Positions 1 through 12,399 of a stretch of 64,000 bases of DNA are shown here, in pieces; position 1 is the stretch's first letter; the number at the start of each line of letters is the position of its first letter. The notes under the pieces were generated by a model that was given only the letters and a program-made list of their open reading frames with translations, was not told the DNA's origin and made no database searches. The position numbers were made by a program, and so were the translations under genes. Source of the DNA: Lama guanicoe (taxonomy: Eukaryota); the NCBI GenBank assembly GCA_013239625.1, contig MU053994.1, forward strand, positions 4,569,434-4,633,433, written 5' to 3'.

Positions 1-575
1 AAGCCACTGTAGTGGCTGCTTAAACTGATCTGTCTCACTTTTCTCTAATTCACTCTCCTGGATACTGTAAGACCAAGTTCCTAAAATGTTCATCTGGCCA
101 TTCTCACTCCCCTGAATAGAACCCTTTAATAGCTTCCCATTGTCTACAAAATAACACCCAAGACACTTAAAACGGGGTGTAGTACCCTTTATTACCTAGC
201 TTCTGCACACTTTCCAGGCTTGTCTTTCTCTTCATCCCATTCTTTAGCTATATGAAGCCTGAGCCTCGGATCATATCTTTTTTAATCCTATCTACCTGGT
301 GATACTGCTCTCAAAACTCATTTCAGGTATTACTCTTTCTGCAAATCCTTTCCTGGCTTCCCAGGTTAAAAATGATCACTCTCCTCCAGGCATTCATAGT
401 TAACTGGGTGTATTTAATCTCAGTTCCCTTCTTGCTTAACTGTACAGTTTGTGCCTGTGTTCTAGGCTCCTCTTTGAGAGATGGACCAAATCTCTGTGTA
501 CAGTATCCAACATAGCACATGGCACACAGTAGGCACTAAATACATCTTTGTTGAGCTGAATAGATAAATGGATCA
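1..575 (+). mobile_element. L2 LINE 3' end remnant
   Basis: Pyrimidine-rich L2-like body ending 'ggcacacagtaggcactaaatacatctttgttgagctgaat', which resembles the L2 3' terminus. Boundaries approximate. Confidence 0.7.
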
Positions 576-716
576 ATAAACAAGCATTCTGGAGACAAAC
601 TATGGTGGATAAAAGATGTTTGTTTATTAAGAATCCAATGTAAGCTTCTGCCTCCAGTTGCTCATATCAAACTAATTAGGTAGAAATGGCATATGCATAT
701 AAAAAGAAAAAGCAAG

Positions 717-1241
717 TGCATGAGTCAGGGTCCCATCTGAAAACAGATGGCACACTCCAATTAAGATAATTTGAGTAGGCTTGATTTACAAAGGGTTGGA
801 TAACAAAGGTGTGGACAGGGTGTAGGAAAGCTACAAGGAATAGTGCAGTAACCTATTTGCACTGTTAAAACTATTATAGTTTTAGCTATCTCTAGCCCTA
901 TGCCTGAAGGGATGGAGAGGTAAGAAGAAAGAAAGGTTATTGGAACCTAGAAGGAGAGAAAATTGCACAGAAGAATCTTAAAAAGAACAGTGACTTTGGG
1001 GCAAGGGACACAGCCAACCCCAAGATGACATCAAAAAGGAAAGTCCAAAGGAAAAAGTTTCCTCTTCATTCTTCTCCTTCCCTTCAATCTGTTGCTGAGG
1101 CTCTCCATTGGTCAGATCCAACTGGAAACCAGAGGCCACTGGAGCCTTCTGGTACATTCCATATAGGCTCCAGGAGTGCAGAGCAAGGTGTAGAAAGGTG
1201 AGGAGTGAGCCAAGAGGGGAAATCAGAAGATAACCAACACA
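717..1241 (-). mobile_element. Ancient solo LTR (LTR78-like)
   Basis: Begins 'tgcatgagtcagggtcccatctgaaaacagatggcacactc' (reverse complement of an LTR 3' end) and ends '...aacaca'. A related copy lies at ~37545-38206. Family name from recall. Confidence 0.65.
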
Positions 1242-1360
1242 GTGAGTGTCTCACACTTCCTTGAATCATCAAAGAGCCTAGTAGATCAGTTTATACATAG
1301 TATGGACTCAACAAGAGCTTACGGACAGTTTGATAGTTAACAGGACTGAAAAAATCATTA

Positions 1361-1736
1361 TGTTGGCCATGGAGGTGCAACTTTCAGTTCTCCCTTCAAG
1401 AAAGAATTTGCCGTTCAGCTGTGAATGGAGCAGTTAGTTGAAAGACTCTATCTGTAGTGCTTTCAGGAGTCATTGCAGCATTTGAATCGAATTCACTGTC
1501 TTTCCAGGCATCCCCCAGCCAGTGAACGATCAAGACTCCACTAATGGGCAATTCTTTCTCAAGAGCTCCTTAGTGGGTTGGCCAAAATTTTGTCCGATCT
1601 GCTTCATATTCTTGAGGCTCTTCCTGTCCAATTCTGCTTCATGACCTTTTATCTCTCATAGGTATTATTCTCCAATAAACCACTTACACCCTAATTCTGT
1701 CTAACCATTTGCTTCTCAGAGAACCTAAACTGACAC
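1361..1736 (+). mobile_element. ERVL solo LTR (LTR16C-like)
   Basis: 'ctcccttcaagaaagaatttgccgttcagctg', AATAAA near 1674, terminus 'tgcttctcagagaacctaaactgaca'. Similar to the copy at 51257. Confidence 0.7.
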
Positions 1737-1999
1737 ACACACATACTTAATGAGTGATCTTAGAAAATAAGAGTTTCTTTATGAAAAGAGACTGGAGTGG
1801 CCCAGTTTCATGAAGGAGTAGAATTGTGAAATAGGTCTTAAAAGTTGAGAAGGAAGAAAAATAATGGTATCGTTCAGAAAACCTGTCCCTCAATCCACAG
1901 CAGACTGTCCATCATCCCTTTCTATGTCACAGAGTTGCAATAAGGATATAATGAGAGAGCATGCTGTTTCTGAAACTTGGGTGAGCCAGTCAACAGAGG

Positions 2000-2430
2000 C
2001 TGCCACCACGCATTACTGTACACTCACTCTCAACTCCTTCTTTCTAGCACACTTCCAAGAGAGGTTGCAAAAGTGAAATGTCACTTTCCCAGTCTCTCTT
2101 CCACTAGGGGTGCCCATGTGGTATAAATTGATACAAATAAAGAGCTTATAGAAACATTTCTCTTTTTTTTTTCCTGATAAAAGAGATAAATGCAGATGGG
2201 GCAGCCATCTTGAGACCAAGATGCAGAAATCCAACACACCAAGTTTGACAGAACAGAAAGGCAACTTTTTAAAGCTGTGTTCTTGAGATGTTGCCCAATC
2301 CTGGCCTTCTCAACTCTCGACTGGCCTGTCCATAGTTCTGGTTATGTGAAAAACTATACTGCTATTTGTCATCTACTGTAATCTGTGAAGGCCATCATAT
2401 TCTGATGATTAAAAACATTTAAATTGGATG
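2000..2430 (+). mobile_element. MaLR LTR remnant (MLT1-type)
   Basis: MLT1-like motifs 'ttcccagtctctcttccactaggggtgcccatgtg' and 'gcagccatcttgagacc'. Confidence 0.55.
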
Positions 2431-3043
2431 CTCAGTTACCCCATTCCTTAGTTCTCACTTTTTCTGGGTTTCAGGACCCCGTGAGAAGGAATTTAAATCA
2501 GATTCTCAGTTGTAACTTAACTGACATTCTGGAGGATTTCCAAGGAAACCAAAGCAGAAGAAAACATGGAATCTCTACAAGAAAATACATATGAATGTTT
2601 CATAAAGGTATGGATGAAGCTGACTTCATTGTTGGGACCGGGTGTGAGAAGTAGCAGGATATCTAGGTAGAAAGTGAGGCTGTACAGCCCTCTGTGAATT
2701 TTAAGCATCAGATGGCTGTGATATAAAGAAGAAAACAGTGCTCTCAGAGGTCAAACAGCTCTACTGAGGAAGCCCTCTGAAATGGGTTACAAGAAAAGTA
2801 GGGAAGGATTTTCATACTGGCTGGGGAAAAAGAAGAGAACAAGAAGATGGTGATTTTTAAGTGATTAGTAGAACTTCTGGTTTCATCTCTAACATATAAA
2901 GAGCTTAGAAGTCATCACTCCAGTACTTACAACAAGGAAAAGACTAGGCACAATGAAGATCAATGACTTTTCTTGGAAGGGAAAGCTGCTCAAGAAATCT
3001 ACTTTAAATATTAAGACTCTGATAGTTTAAAAGTAAAGAGAGC

Positions 3044-3152
3044 ATACTCACCTCGGCAGCACATACACTAGAACTAGAAAGATACAGAGAAGATTAGCAT
3101 GGCCCCTGCACAAGGATGACATGCAAATTTGTGAAGCATTCCAGATTTTTTT
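3044..3152 (+). pseudogene. RNU6: U6 snRNA retropseudogene (full length), 5' part of a U6-L1 chimera
   Basis: Manual alignment to U6 (GTGCTCGCTTCGGCAGCACA...GCGTTCCATATTTT) gives ~14 mismatches in 106 nt, many at CpGs. ACAGAGA box intact at 3084-3090. Ends in a T7 run. Sits inside L1 ORF2 sequence rather than behind a U6 promoter. Confidence 0.95.
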
Positions 3153-3345
3153 GAGATTTGTCTATAAAATAGACAAACAACAAGTTTATACTGTATAGCA
3201 CAAGGAACTATATTCAATATCTTGTAGTAACCTATAATGAAAAAGAATATGAAAAGAAATACATGTATGTATATGTATGACTGAAACATCATGCTGTGCA
3301 CCAGAAATTGACACAAGGTTGTAAACTGACGATACTTCAATAAAG
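3153..3345 (+). mobile_element. Young L1 3' UTR end fused to U6; chimera flanked by 15-bp TSD AAAAGTAAAGAGAGC (3029-3043 / 3346-3360)
   Basis: Similar to the L1 3' ends at 37994 and 49946. AATAAA at 3339-3344. Identical direct repeats on both sides; the left site reads ttt/aaaa, the L1 endonuclease consensus. Confidence 0.93.
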
Positions 3346-4591
3346 AAAAGTAAAGAGAGCAAATATACTAAGCTAACACTAATCAAAGAAAGCTGGAGTA
3401 GCTATATAAATTTGAGACAAAGTAGACTTCAGGACAAGGTAATTTATCAAAGATAAAGAGAGGTACTACATAATAACAAAGGAGTCAGTTCTCCAAAAGA
3501 CTTAACAATCCCAAACATGTATGAACTTAACAACAGACTGTCAAAATACTTGAGGCCAAAACTGCTTAAAGTGAAAGGAGGAATAGATAAATTCAGTATT
3601 ATAGTAGGAGACTTCAGCATCTTTGTCAGTAATTGATAGGTCAAGCAGTAAGAAAATCAGTTAGGATATAGTTGAATTGAACAGCAAAATCAATCAACTT
3701 GATCTAACTGACATTAATAGAATACACCATCCAACATCAGTACAATATACATTCTTTTCAAATTTGTATGGAATATTCCCCAAAATAGATCAGATTCTGG
3801 ACCTTTAGATATACCTTAACAAATTTAAAGGAATAGAAATCATACAAAGTATATTCTCAGACCACAATAGAATTTAAAAGAGAAATCAACAACTGAAGAC
3901 ACCTGAAAAATCCCAAAACATCTGAAGATTAAGCAACACATCTGTAATAACAGATGGGTCAAAGAAGAAGTCTCAAGAACATAATATAAAAATATTTTGA
4001 ATTAAATGAAAATGAAAATACAACATCAAAATTTGTGAGATACAGTGAAAACAGAGGAAATTTTTAGCATTAAATACATATCTTAGGAAAAGAAGAAAGA
4101 CCTAATCAGTGAGGTAAGTTTAACCCTTAGGAAATAAGAGAAAAAAAAAACAATTTAAGCCTAAAGCAAGTAGTAGGAAAAAAAAATCAGAGTAGAAATC
4201 GATGAAATTGAAAACAGGAAAACAATAGAGAAAATTAGTGAAACCAAAAGATCAATAAAATTGATAAACTTATAGACAGGCTAACTAAGAAAAAAAAGAG
4301 AGAAGACCCAAATTACCAATATCAAAAATGAAAAAGAGTCATCACTACTAATCACACATACCCAAGACACAGATGACTAAAACTCATAAAAGGGAATATA
4401 GTTAACTTGAATAGCCTTACATTTATTAATGAAATTGAGTTAATAATTAATAAACTTCCCCCAAAAGCACCAGACTGATTTTACTGGCAAAATCTACCAA
4501 ATATTTAAAGAGGAAATTATTACAAATTTTCACAATCTCTTCTAGAAAACAGAAACAGAAAGAATATTTTCTCACTCATTCTAGAAAACAT

Positions 4592-5362
4592 TGTGCTTCA
4601 ACTATTCAATCCAGATATCCCTTCCCTCAAGTCCCTGGAAACCCCTGATGGTTTTACTGTTTCTATAGTTTGGCCTTTTTCAGAATATACAATACTGTGA
4701 TAGTGAAAATAAGACATTAAGCATTTGTCAAAACCCATAGAACTTTACAGAACGAAGAGTTAGCCTTAATATATGCAAATTTTAAAAATCATTTAGGAGG
4801 TTGAGAGATCCCAGGATAAAATGGAGAATGTGACAAAGGAATCTAAATGCATTACAGAAGTTTGAAATAACCTCACCGAAGATGGTGAATGAAAAGGTGC
4901 TGACCTAACTCACTTTGAAAATGAGTGGAGATTATAAGACTCAGAGCAAAAGGACCTATATTTAACCACTGTGCTCTAGTTGATAAAACTGTTTTCCACG
5001 GGGATATGGGTTAGCGATTCTGAAAACAATATCCATACATACTGGAATTGAACAATGAATTAAATGGATGGCAGACAGTAGAAGCCAGATATCACTGTTG
5101 GAATGGGAGGTTACAGGGAAGGAAGCTCAAATGATCCATGAGGTAATGGATTAGAGTTGGAGACATCAGTATGAACCAATTTTAGCTTAATGAAGATATA
5201 GATGATTACTTATAGAAATATGTATATTACTACTATACTAATACCAGATGTTAGTAACAGGGGAAATGATATGGAGCATATAGGAACTCTCTGTACTATG
5301 TTTCACAATAATTCTGTAAGTCTAAAACCTGTCTAAAATACAATTTTTAAATTTATTAAAAA
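4592..5362 (+). mobile_element. L1MC3-like 3' UTR with an inverted 5' segment (4592-~4688)
   Basis: 4689-5362 reads as a sense L1MC 3' end ('gcatttgtcaaaacccatagaac', 'ggattagagttggagacatcagtatgaac'). 4592-4688 is the reverse complement of the segment normally just upstream (compare the sense version beginning at ~63950). Confidence 0.8.
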
Positions 5363-5754
5363 ATACTAGTTTGCAATTTGGAGAAACAACTTTACATGTC
5401 ATAGGGATAGTGGTTAATGAATTAGATGGCAGAGAAAATGAATTTTTCCCATCTTTCCTTAAAGGTGGAAGCACTAACCATGCTATGATGTTAGGTATAC
5501 AGCCCAGAGATGCACCGTGGAATGGTGAAAACCACACTTTACTATAAGTTAAAAAGCAAGGATGTAGTGCTAACTTAGTTGCTTGCTGGCTCTGGGACCT
5601 GGCGAAATCTCTCCTTTTCTTCAAAATGAGGGTTTTGGATCGATCTGACGACCTTTGACATCTGTCCAGCTCAGACATTTCATGTAATCTAGAAGGCAGA
5701 TCTGGCTTCTCATCTGTCCATAAGGCTGATACCCTCCTCGTGGGCATGGCTATG

Positions 5755-6300
5755 TATCTGCAGATAGGATGTTGGAGCCCATCCCAGGCAACCAGCTAGA
5801 GCCAAGGACTGCTATGGGGTGCAGCAGAGGTGTCAGCCCACCGACAGGGAGTATAAGGTTACAGTAGCCTCCCCACCCCCACTGACCTTTGAGTTACTGT
5901 TGGTGACCTGTCAAGATCCTCTTCATCAGGCCACTGTGTCCATTCACCCACCTCTAGAGAACTGTGCTAGGTTAACAGGGACTGCTTTGTGCAAAGAGGC
6001 CTAGGAGGTTACACAAACCCCTTTTCTGGGAGTTGACCCACTACTACTGACTAACATTGAGGGATTAAAGCCTAGCTCTCTGGACTCGAGCTGGGACAAT
6101 TCTGTGGTATTCTTCACCTTAACAGAGTTCCCTGTGAAATCACGCTGAGCCTAGACTTCCACTGAACCCACATCTTTGCCTGGCCTCTTCCGCCCTCTCT
6201 TGATTGCCTTACTCCATTTTAGGTTTCATGGGAGAACACTCCCTCACTTGCTCAAGCATCCCTGCCTCCGGCTCTGTTTTTGGGAACCTGACCGCAGAGA
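5755..6300 (+). mobile_element. ERVL solo LTR (LTR33-like)
   Basis: Terminus 'tcacttgctcaagcatccctgcctccggctctgtttttgggaacctgacc'. Confidence 0.6.
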
Positions 6301-6378
6301 GTGTCGGAAAGTTATCGATGCTTCTAAAGTCCTGGAGAAATTACGGGTGCGGCTAGTCCTGTGCAAAATTCTCTAAAG

Positions 6379-6579
6379 GGATCAGCAAGCTTACTCTGCC
6401 AAGAGCTAGAGAATAAAAAACTGTAGGCTTTGCAGATCACTTATGGTCTCTGCCACCTATTTCATTTCTCCTTTTCTTAAAACTCTTTAAAAATGTAAAC
6501 AGGATTCTTAGCTCTTAACCAGCACAAAAACGTGCAGCAGGCAGGATTTGGCCCACGGGCTCTAGTTTGCTGACCTCTG
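6379..6579 (+). mobile_element. hAT-Charlie MITE (MER58-like) with 8-bp TSD CTCTAAAG
   Basis: 3' end 'gatttggcccacgggctctagtttgctgacctctg'. Identical 8-mer at 6371-6378 and 6580-6587. Degenerate inverted termini. Confidence 0.85.
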
Positions 6580-6960
6580 CTCTAAAGCATGGAGGTGCAT
6601 AAAGTTGGCAGGGCCGCTCCAGTGCAGAGTGGAGGTTTCAGAGGCCTCGGTTACACTTCTGTCTTCTCTGGGGAGGGTTAAAGCCGAAGCCCGTCTGACA
6701 GCAGTGCCGCAGGAATTAACTGATGAGCTTTAAAGGCTCCAAAAACATAATGGGCTGTACAAAACTAAGTATTCAGGGATTTATCATTAAATATTCATCT
6801 CCTGTTTAATCAGTTGTCTTCTGCTTATGGTTATTAGAGAAAATCTTTTAACAAAATGGCTTAATTTAGGAGACCTGAAGATCTCTCCAGAAGCAAAATA
6901 ATTCCCAGTGAACCTCTGTGAATTACTGAGAAAAAAGAACAAGCGACAGACATACAAGAG

Positions 6961-6965
6961 ACACA

Positions 6966-7002
<37 letters not shown>
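6961..7002. repeat. (CA)n microsatellite followed by a GA-rich low-complexity tract to ~7275
   Basis: Visible directly. Explains the HTHTHT/CVCVCV ORFs. Confidence 0.95.
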
Positions 7003-7006
<4 letters not shown>

Positions 7007-8499
7007 GCTGAAGCAGAAACTGAGAGCAAGAGGCCACTTACGGAGATCAAGGAGAAAGAGACAGAGAGAGGCAGAGTGCGGGGGTGGGGGGAGATGGAGA
7101 AGGGAGGGGTGGCAAGAAAAGAAATGCAATCAAAGGGAGGAAAATGAAAAACAGATACAGACTGAGTGACAGAGAGACAGGGAAAGAGACAGGGATGGAG
7201 AGTCATAAACAGGGAGAAAGAAAGAGAGGCAGAGAAACAGGCAGAAAGAGAGAGACAGTGATAGAGAGCCGGAGAGAACTACTCTTGATAAGCAATATTT
7301 TTGGCAACAACCCAAAGCCTGATCTCAACAAGCAACGCTTAAGTAATGGTTGAATACTTGTCTCATTTCAGCCTCTACCTTCACAACCCAACATCTAGGG
7401 GCAGAAGCAGGTACATGCAGGCTGTCTGGTTTCAAGAGACTAAATATTTTGTATTTTAGAATTCCGGAATATATTTTCTGGATTATCTACTGAAGAGGGC
7501 ACTGATGATGTTGTGATGTCCCCAGTGATGTCTGAGAACAGATTCTGAGCAAGGTAGAAAAGGGTAGGGAAAGACATATGAAGGAGCAATCACAAGGTAG
7601 GGAGCACGACAGAGAAAGCACTGGCCGCAGAGCAAAAATGCCTAGGCTCTAGTCAGTACCACTTAATGAGCTTGGAAAGTTGCTTAGTGTGTCTGAGTTT
7701 AGATTTTCTCATCTGGAAAATTTCTCTGTCTCTCTCTCTCTCTCCCTTCATTTCTTTCTCCCTCTTTTTGTAGATAGAGAATGTAGACAAAATGCAGACA
7801 GTAAGGTAAGGACAGTGACTGCTCCCTAACTTTCCTTCTATAGCCTCAGCAATATCCCAGAAAAGGAAAAGACCGAAAATGTTGGAAATACCATTTAAAA
7901 AAAAATACATGAAAACAGCTACATAACTTGTGAAACAAATCCTCCCTCTTTTTTTAATTGTTGTTTGCTTGTTTACTTTGATTTTTTTCATCTCAGCAAC
8001 TGAGAAATTTGGTAAAGAAATGAGGAGAAGGAAGGTGATAACTTTAATCTTCTAACATGGTTGTATGGGTTGTGTGAGGTAATGTATGTAAATTGCTTTT
8101 TCAGTGATTAGGTGCCGTAGTATTAATTATGTGTGGACTAATCTTAGACCAATAAAAGCAATAAATAATTTGGCTTAACCAACAATACAGTTCATTTCAA
8201 AACAGTGGAGCCTTTCACACATGTATCCCAGATCTTTTATCTCCAATGCCATGAGCACAAGCCAGTTCTTATCTTCCAAGGAAGCGAGACCAAGATTGTA
8301 GGTTTCTGAAGATGAGAAAAAGAGTAGTGTAAAGCAAGCTTAATTTCTAGCCGTCCTGTTCAAAGAACAGTAACAAAAATTCCTCTAGCCAGAAACTAAA
8401 ACTACTATTGCCAGTGCTGCACCCGAAAATATTTTGTTAGTTTATACTTAACTTTCAGCACTGCGATTTCCTATTAGCTGTGTTTCTTCTTCTTGTCTA

Positions 8500-8890
8500 T
8501 GATGGACACTGAGATGAGCCTCTAACCAGATCCCTCTTCAGTGAAGGACGTGTTGCTCCAGCTGTCTGCCTCTTCAGGCTCTGCCTCAGCGGCCGAGAGC
8601 AGCCTTGCCAAGGTCACGTCCCTTCCCTGGGTAGTCTACACAGGGTCTGACCCACGTGACAGTACACATGCCTGGCCCATCCCGGCCCACTGTGGGCTTG
8701 CGCCACCACTCTCTGTAGGGTCAACAGAGGCTGTCACTGAGCCTACATCACAGCTGGACTTCTCCCTCTGCCCAGTCTTGCCTCCTTCCCCTCCATTCCA
8801 CAGGGGTTGATGCTAAATGCACTCCTGAGTAGACATTCTGCTTGCTAAACTCTCTCTCACAGTCTCCTTCCCAGGGAACCAAACCGCAGC
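8500..8890 (+). mobile_element. ERVL solo LTR (LTR16A-like)
   Basis: 'cagatccctcttcagtgaaggac ... cagtctccttcccagggaacc'. Confidence 0.65.
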
Positions 8891-9374
8891 GTGTTCTCGT
8901 TTTCCTTTGTTCCTTTGCTGTATCGCACTGTGTGGCCTGGCTTCATGAAATGACAGCTCAGCAAAGAACACACCCCAGTGTGTGGTTGGTGGTTGGTAAT
9001 AGCCTGAAAGAGGAGCCTATCAGAGTTACTCAGACACATAGGGCATCTGATATGGCCTAACTTACAAGAATAAACTTGGTAGCTGCAAGGGGCGCTGGAA
9101 TATGTGTAAAATCAGTGAACTAATATTAACAGAGCGCTTAGGCTATGCCAGGCATTCTGCTCGGTTTTTCTTTTTACACTGTTATATCTATTATCTCATT
9201 TAGTCCTTATTACGAATCAGGTGTCATAGGTAAAGTTCTGCCCAGTTTACAAGGAAGGGCAGCTGAGGTTGCGAATGCATGAGTGTACCAAGACTCAAGG
9301 CCCCATCCAACTTAGAGTCTAAACTTCAACTCAGGGCTCATCTGAATCCAGAGCCTAAAAGTACTTTTCCCACC

Positions 9375-9830
9375 TGTATTAGATAGGGATTGAGTTTGGC
9401 TGAATGTAACAAAATCCAAACATCAATGACTTAAACAAGATATGGTTTATTTCTCTCTATTTATGAAAGTCCAAAGTTAAGTGCTAGCTGACATTGGTTC
9501 AGGAGCTGAAGGATGTATAAGCTGAGGTTCCAGATCTGTTTGTTTTTCCCTCATGTCCCCTTCCAGCATTGAAAATCCTTTTCAGGAAGGAAGAAGAGAG
9601 AGGCTGAAGGGCAGAGGTACATGTATCAGCTCACTTAGCCCCTTTTAACAAGCAGTGACTTCTGCTTACATCTCACTGGCCTAAGCTGTGGTACCCTTGA
9701 CTGAAATGAAGTCTGGGAAATACATTTTGTAATAGAATCTGGGCCCATAGACAGCCTAACTAACATTGGAGTTCAGTATGTAAGAAAGAAGGAGAGAATG
9801 GCTATTGACTAGGCAATTTTTGATACTGTT
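9375..9830 (-). mobile_element. MaLR LTR remnant (MLT1J/K/L-like)
   Basis: 'tgtattag...atgacttaaacaagatatggtttatttctctc'. Confidence 0.6.
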
Positions 9831-9894
9831 CTTTGAACAGAATGGCTCCTACACCTGAAGATTCATTTCAGGGATTTCCAAACATCTTTTAGGT

Positions 9895-10310
9895 TTTGAG
9901 GTTGGGTTCCTTGGGAAATCGACTGGAATATGATCTATGTGTAGGAGGTTTTCAGGGATGTGCTCTTGTGAACAATACACATGAGGTAATATGGGAAAAA
10001 CTGAACTATAACGTGGTTGCAACAGAGAGACTAGTTGGCTTCATGGAAAGCTTTGAAGTTATGGTAGCTCCCAGAGATGTTTCAAACCGAGGCAAAGGGA
10101 TTGGCCTTGTACTCTGCATCCCCGAGTTACTGAAGGCTGACTGCCCCTGAGAAGGGGGATGTAACCTTGGAAGAGGCAGCCATTTCAGCCAAAGGCAATT
10201 CCTGGGGACAGATTAAGCTCTGAAGTGCCAGAAACCAACACTCCTGGGAAATAAGTGCTTCATACCTGAAGAGGAAATTTGGACAGCGCATCTCAGTGTG
10301 CACAACACGA
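9895..10310 (-). mobile_element. ERVL solo LTR (LTR16-family)
   Basis: Starts 'gaggttgggttccttgggaaatcgact', the reverse complement of an LTR16-type 3' end. Confidence 0.6.
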
Positions 10311-12399
10311 TGTTAATAATAAGCTGACCTGCACAAGTTGAAGTGCAGACTCTCCATGCTGATCTCATAGAACGTGTTAGACACAGCGGCAAGGGAGGAA
10401 CAAAATGAGGGCAAAGCATTCCCATATATTAGTTTTGATACAAATGATACAGCATGGCTTTTTGCAAAACTCTCAATGCTAATGATTACTGCTACTCTAA
10501 ATAAGCATGTAGTTCCAGTAAAAACTGAGCTCTTATGAATGTACGCTGTTAATCAACTGGTGACTTCCTAGGAAGGAAAACAAGTGGTGAACCCCATCAG
10601 CATTTTCAGGATCTTGGCCTACAAAATTGCTGATACAGAGAAATGCATTTGGATAATATCTTTACAATCTATGAAGAAAACCTGGAATGCAACTAGTCCC
10701 TATAGAGACTTTGTAACAATTAGAAAAAGTCACCCTTTTTGGGCAGATGCAGCCCTGAATTGAGGTGATCAGCTTGGCCAATTCAGACTTTGTTAGCCTA
10801 GACATCTTTGCCTAAAATTTGTACAACCATTTGTAAATCTGATGCAAACTATCCAAACTCCTGATTTCAATTGATCCTAAAAACTGTACTAGCTAGTTAT
10901 GATGGAGGGGATTATCATTCTATTTGACAAGTGAGGTGGTTCAGATTGTTCAAGTGACTTCCCTGAGGCTACATGGCCAGTAGTTGTCATAGCCTGGACA
11001 CAAGCCCTAAAATCTCATTGTTTAGTGCTTTTTCCCAGGAGACTATGTTGCCCTTGTGGACCAGATACCAACCACAGTAGGATCATGTAAAATTGCAATT
11101 AAAATAATGACTGTGATAAAGGAAAGCATGCACCTACAGAGAAATATGATAGGATAAACAGCTTTGTGTGCTAAAACTGCCAACCAGTTGTAGAAATAAC
11201 ACACTATACAAAGAATGGATGTACTGCATAAAGAGATGGTCTTACAGCTAAATGTTTTAAAATCTCAAAAACTCTGAGTTATGCTGTACTTACCTTTAAA
11301 ATACATGTATATTTATCTGTGTGTGTATATAGATATATTCATGCCCCAATTGTTCTCTTGTTTTAAAAGGGACTGAAGATGCTTTAGAAGATTATACAAA
11401 ATATTAGAAAACACAATAAATTGAAAATAAAGGTGAAAAGAAGAAAATTAGAAGGGACATAAAATGGAGCTAAGAAAAAGGCCAAAAATGCATACCATAA
11501 TAACCCTTTCAGTTGTAATTGTTAGGGATAGACAACAAATTTGTCTCTAAGCTTTCGAGCAGTTGAAGTTAGAAAGGAACTCTTGGTCATTTATACAATC
11601 ACCAGCATCAAACAGATTAAAAAGGCTAATTTGTCAGGAATATTGTTCATAAACTTCTTCAAAAATAGAATGCTCATGTAATAAGCCACATTATCCTAAT
11701 AGATGTAACTACAACTTAGAAATAGTTCATTAAATTAGTCTTAAAGCATGTATTATTTTTTTCTCAGGTTGCAAATGGGATATGCTAACTATAAAAATTT
11801 CTAAAACATTAAAAACTCAAAGAAAAAAATGAAAATTATCCACCATCCAGAGATAACCATTTCTAATACTATAGTATATGGTATATCCATAAATATGCTT
11901 GTGTGTGAATATATACATATATTCATATATGTGTTTGTGACTTACAAAATATATCTTAATATGTGTTAAAGTATATATTTTATATTTATAATATTCATAT
12001 ATATTTATAATATAACTTGCAATATATGATACCACAAAATTAGGTTCATATATTGGTAATGTTATTAGTATGCTTTGCATATTTTCCTATGCTATATATT
12101 CTTTTATGGTACATTTATGTGAAATAGTATGTAGTCATTAAAAATTATGTTAAAATTTATTGAACCAAACTTACATGGCTGGACATATATGTTATGTATT
12201 TTTCTTTATTATGAATAAAACTGTACATAATCATTTTGTTGAATTCTGACAGTTTCTTTAGCTCAGCTGCTCTAAAAAGAATAAACTAGGTAAAAAGTTA
12301 AACTTTTTTTTATAATTTATATTCACATTCATAATCTGCCCTCTGGGAAAGTAATACAAATTTCGACTTATTATTTTTAAAAATGTATGAGAAGTTCAG

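Larger units (their letters stand above)
2872..4590 (+). mobile_element. Old L1 (L1MC-like): ~110 bp of 5' end joined to the ORF2 endonuclease/linker region; interrupted by the U6-L1 chimera
   Basis: L1 5'-end motif 'aaagagcttagaagtcatcactcc'. A-rich degenerate ORF2 EN sequence such as 'atagtaggagacttcagc' (IVGDF-like) and 'ttctcagaccacaat' (SDH motif). Many stops and frameshifts. Confidence 0.85.

Noticed and set aside
3044..3152. Functional U6 snRNA gene
   Set aside because: About 13% diverged with CpG decay, embedded in L1, fused to an L1 tail and flanked by a TSD, so it is a retrocopy.
5322..5747. Longest ORF in the track (141 aa, minus strand)
   Set aside because: It spans an L1 tail and a MIR-like fragment, has no recognisable domain, and its length is compatible with chance.
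6787..7353. Cluster of overlapping ORFs up to 139 aa
   Set aside because: They are open only because of the (CA)n and GA-rich low-complexity sequence; the translations are dipeptide repeats.
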